The notes below the pieces were generated by a model. The model saw only the letters and a list, made by a program, of their open reading frames with translations. It did no database searches and was not told where the DNA came from. Both the position numbers and the translations under genes were made by a program. A DNA stretch of 63,330 nt, counting the filler. It is 5 parts of 5 records of this genome, joined end to end, with 100 filler letters (N's around TTAATTAATTAA, not from the genome) between each part and the next. Parts side by side here need not be neighbours in the genome. Positions count along the whole stretch, not along the records: positions 52,455 to 63,330 come from DRR723986_4008; 4 more parts are not named here. One strand, given 5' to 3'. Every line of letters begins with the position of its first letter. The first letter of the stretch is position 1. Shown piece after piece: positions 60,531-63,330 of the stretch.

Positions 60531-61010
60531 ATGGGCGCAGGTGTAGTCAAAAAGCAAGGCGGGGGCGGACGCGGCCGCAGGCGTGGCCGGGTTCAGCCGA
60601 TGTCAGAGATCAACGTGACGCCGTTTGTAGACGTGATGCTGGTGTTGTTGATCATCTTCATGGTGGCCGCGCCTTTGCTGACGGTCGGGGTGCCGGTTGA
60701 ACTGCCCAAAACTGCGGCAGGTGCCTTGCCCGCCGATCAGGAAGAGCCGCTGACCGTGACGATCACCGCAGAAGGTGCGGTGCAGATCCAGACCACGCAG
60801 GTGGATCGCGCCGCGCTGGTTACGCGGCTGCGGGCCATCGCGGCAGAGCGGACCAGCGACCGCGTGTTCCTGCGGGCGGATGGCAAGGTGCCTTACAGCG
60901 CCGTGATGGAGATCATGGGCGCATTGAATGCAGGCGGGTTTTCCAACATTGGTTTGGTGACGGATATTGGCGGTCCGGCGCTGGACGGCGACGTTGCATC
61001 GGGGAACTAG
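60531..61010 (+). CDS. tolR: TolR
   Basis: EINVTPFVDVMLVLLIIFMV motif. Confidence 0.96.
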   Translation: MGAGVVKKQGGGGRGRRRGRVQPMSEINVTPFVDVMLVLLIIFMVAAPLLTVGVPVELPKTAAGALPADQEEPLTVTITAEGAVQIQTTQVDRAALVTRLRAIAAERTSDRVFLRADGKVPYSAVMEIMGALNAGGFSNIGLVTDIGGPALDGDVASGN

Positions 61011-61013
61011 GCG

Positions 61014-62126
61014 ATGCATGCCGGGCATTATATCTCTGGCGCGGGCCACATTGGCCTGATTGGCTGGCTGCTTTTGGGCGGCGTGTTCCAGTCAGAGCCT
61101 TTGCCATTTGAAATGACGGAAGTGTCGGTGATCACCGGTGCAGAGTTCGAGGCGATGCTGGCCGCCCAGCAAGCGCCCGAGACCCCCACAGAGGTGGCAC
61201 AGCCCGCTGCGCCAGACGTAACACCAGACGCGCCCGAGATTGCGGCGACGCCGGATCAGGCAATTGAACAACCCAAACCCATCCAGACCGAAACGCCCCC
61301 CGCTGATCCGGCGCCAGAGGTCACAGAGCAAGCCGCGCTGCCGCCCGAGGCCGAGGTTATTGATACTCCGCCCGAACTGGATCAGCCCAGCGGCGATGTT
61401 GCCGTGATTATCCCCGAATTGGCCCCGCGTTCCGTGCCGCGCCCTGTGCCACGGGTCGCGCCCAAACCGGTGGCGCAACCTGCGCCCGAGGCAACGCCGG
61501 AACCGGACACCCAAGAGGCCGTGACACCGGAACCCGCCGCCGAAGCACCGCCCGAAGAGCCGCAAGAGGCAACCGCACCCGAAGAGGCGACAACGGAGAT
61601 CGTGACCGAAGCGGCCCAGGCGCCCAAAGCCTCCCCGCGCCCGCCGGGCCGGCGGCCCGCCGCGCCCAAACCGCAGGTCGCAGCCGCCAAACCCGAGCCG
61701 GAGAGCGGCAGCAGCGAAGACGATGATGCCGCTGCGATTGCGGCCGCAGTTGCCGCCGCGCAAACACCCGCCGAAACGCCCAAACCCGCCGCACCCAGCG
61801 GCCCGCCGTTGACCGCAGGCGAAAAGGAAGACCTCCGCGTTGCGGTCAGCAGCTGTTGGAATGTCGGCTCACTTTCCACAGCCGCTTTGCAGACAACGGT
61901 GGTCGTCAGTGTCGAGATGGCGCAGAACGGCAAACCTCTCGTGGGTTCGATCCGCATGGAGGGCAGCTCCGGCGGGACGGCGGCATCAGCCAAACAGGCG
62001 TTTGAAGCGGCCCGCCGCGCGATCATCCGCTGCGGTGCAAAGGGCTATGACCTGCCAGCGGACAAATACGGCCAGTGGCAGAGCATCGAAATGACCTTCA
62101 ATCCAGAAAAGATGCGGGTCAAATGA
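61014..62126 (+). CDS. tolA: TolA/TonB-like energy transducer
   Basis: SxxxH TM anchor, Pro/Glu/Ala-rich linker and CWN...AARRAIIRC...TFNP C-terminal domain; between tolR and tolB. Confidence 0.88.
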   Translation: MHAGHYISGAGHIGLIGWLLLGGVFQSEPLPFEMTEVSVITGAEFEAMLAAQQAPETPTEVAQPAAPDVTPDAPEIAATPDQAIEQPKPIQTETPPADPAPEVTEQAALPPEAEVIDTPPELDQPSGDVAVIIPELAPRSVPRPVPRVAPKPVAQPAPEATPEPDTQEAVTPEPAAEAPPEEPQEATAPEEATTEIVTEAAQAPKASPRPPGRRPAAPKPQVAAAKPEPESGSSEDDDAAAIAAAVAAAQTPAETPKPAAPSGPPLTAGEKEDLRVAVSSCWNVGSLSTAALQTTVVVSVEMAQNGKPLVGSIRMEGSSGGTAASAKQAFEAARRAIIRCGAKGYDLPADKYGQWQSIEMTFNPEKMRVK

Positions 62127-62257
62127 TCGGGGTTTTGCATTTTTCACCGGCGACGTTTCGCTATGGTGTCGCGGCGGGAAAACTTCCCCTCGAAAACCGC
62201 CGCATTTGGCGGAATAGTAAGATCACGTTCAATCCCGAAAGGATGCGTATCAGATGA
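62123..62257 (+). CDS. 44-aa ORF, diverged duplicate of the TolA C-terminus (mini-gene or relic)
   Basis: ATGA overlaps with both tolA and tolB; ungapped similarity to the last 37 aa of TolA. Confidence 0.45.
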   Translation: MIGVLHFSPATFRYGVAAGKLPLENRRIWRNSKITFNPERMRIR

Positions 62258-63330
62258 GTGTCAGGTTTACGTTGAAATGTCTTGCCGCGGCTGTGGCGAT
62301 CTTTGGATTTCAGGCCGGCGGGGCATTGGCCCAGCAGGGGCCGTTGCGTATTGAAATCACCGAAGGTGTGATTGAACCCTTGCCCTTTGCCGTGCCCAGC
62401 TTTCAACCTGAAAGCGCCGAGGCCGGGCAGATGGCCAATGATCTGGCGCGGGTGGTCTCGGATGATCTGACCGGCACCGGATTGTTCCGCGAAATTCCCG
62501 CCTCTGCGTTCATCTCTACGGTCAGCGATTTCAACGCGCCTGTGCAATACGCCGACTGGAAGGCGATCAACGCGCAGGCCTTGGTCACAGGCGCGGTGAA
62601 CGTGCAAGGCAACAGCCTGACCGTCAAGTTCCGCCTTTATGATGTGTTCTCAGGCGCCGAGTTGGGCAGCGGATTGCAGTTTTCCGGCACAACCGAGGGC
62701 TGGCGGCGCATGGCACATAAGGTGGCCGATGCGGTTTATAGCCGGATCACCGGCGAAGGCGGCTATTTTGACAGCCGCGTGGTCTTTGTATCCGAGACCG
62801 GCCCGAAAGATGCCCGCAAGAAACGCCTCGCGGTGATGGATTATGACGGCGCGAATGTGCAGTACCTCACGGACAGCGGTTCCATCGTGCTGGCACCGCG
62901 GTTCTCACCCACGGGCGACCGGGTGCTTTATACATCTTACGAAACCGGCTTTCCCCGCATCTATGTACTGGATGTCGGCTCGGTGCAGCGGCGCGTTCTG
63001 GAAAGTGCCGACGGCACCATGAGCTTTGCGCCCCGGTTTTCCCCATCGGGGCAAACGGTGGTATTCTCGATCTCGCAGGGCGGCAATACCGATATCTACT
63101 CTATGGACATCGCCAGCGGCCAATCGGTGCGCCTGACCAACACGCCGGCGATTGAGACCGCGCCCAGCTATTCACCGGACGGCGGGCGCGTTGTCTTTGA
63201 AAGCGACCGCTCCGGCACACAACAGCTTTATATCATGCCCGCAACCGGCGGCGAGGCGACGCGCATTTCCTTTGGCGAGGGGCGTTATGGCACGCCGGTC
63301 TGGTCGCCGCGCGGCGATCTGATTGCCTTT
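62254..63330 (+). CDS. tolB: TolB, truncated at window end
   Basis: Manual translation MSVRFTLK...[17 protein letters not shown]...[11 protein letters not shown]...MDYDGAN; PD40 repeats. Confidence 0.96.
   Translation, partial: MSVRFTLKCLAAAVAIFGFQAGGALAQQGPLRIEITEGVIEPLPFAVPSFQPESAEAGQMANDLARVVSDDLTGTGLFREIPASAFISTVSDFNAPVQYADWKAINAQALVTGAVNVQGNSLTVKFRLYDVFSGAELGSGLQFSGTTEGWRRMAHKVADAVYSRITGEGGYFDSRVVFVSETGPKDARKKRLAVMDYDGANVQYLTDSGSIVLAPRFSPTGDRVLYTSYETGFPRIYVLDVGSVQRRVLESADGTMSFAPRFSPSGQTVVFSISQGGNTDIYSMDIASGQSVRLTNTPAIETAPSYSPDGGRVVFESDRSGTQQLYIMPATGGEATRISFGEGRYGTPVWSPRGDLIAF

Noticed and set aside
61150..61800. Pro/Glu/Ala-rich repeats in TolA
   Set aside because: Normal periplasm-spanning linker

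Overview
The window is not one locus. It is five unrelated contigs joined by artificial 100-bp linkers (44 N + TTAATTAATTAA + 44 N). Contigs 1 (1-8941), 2 (9042-25325), 4 (43345-52354) and 5 (52455-63330) look like Rhodobacteraceae/roseobacter chromosome. They carry NAD salvage (pncA/pncB), trhO, phoX, ppx-rlmE, an octaheme cytochrome near a MoxR/vWA/Bat operon ending in a sulfatase, purD-xseA-alkB-ftsY-crp-degP, and prmA-ruvCAB-ybgC-tolQRAB. Contig 3 (25426-43244) appears to come from a different, non-roseobacter organism. It holds a PAPS-generating sulfate module (cysC, SLC13, sat, cysQ) beside an unusual nonulosonic-acid glycan operon: two NeuB synthases (one divergent), a non-canonical DHDPS-family aldolase, a PhyH dioxygenase, a TIM-barrel protein, a CBS-aminotransferase fusion, a flippase-like ABC protein and a sialyltransferase-like protein. 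Best leads: (i) that glycan pathway; (ii) an unannotated ~100-nt structured sRNA candidate with CCCC loops behind a perfect CRP box, right after a crp-family gene; (iii) the MoxR/Bat-sulfatase-octaheme module; (iv) a 44-codon diverged duplicate of the TolA C-terminus between tolA and tolB. No rRNA, tRNA, CRISPR array or transposase was recognised. All calls come from motif recognition by eye; no searches were run.
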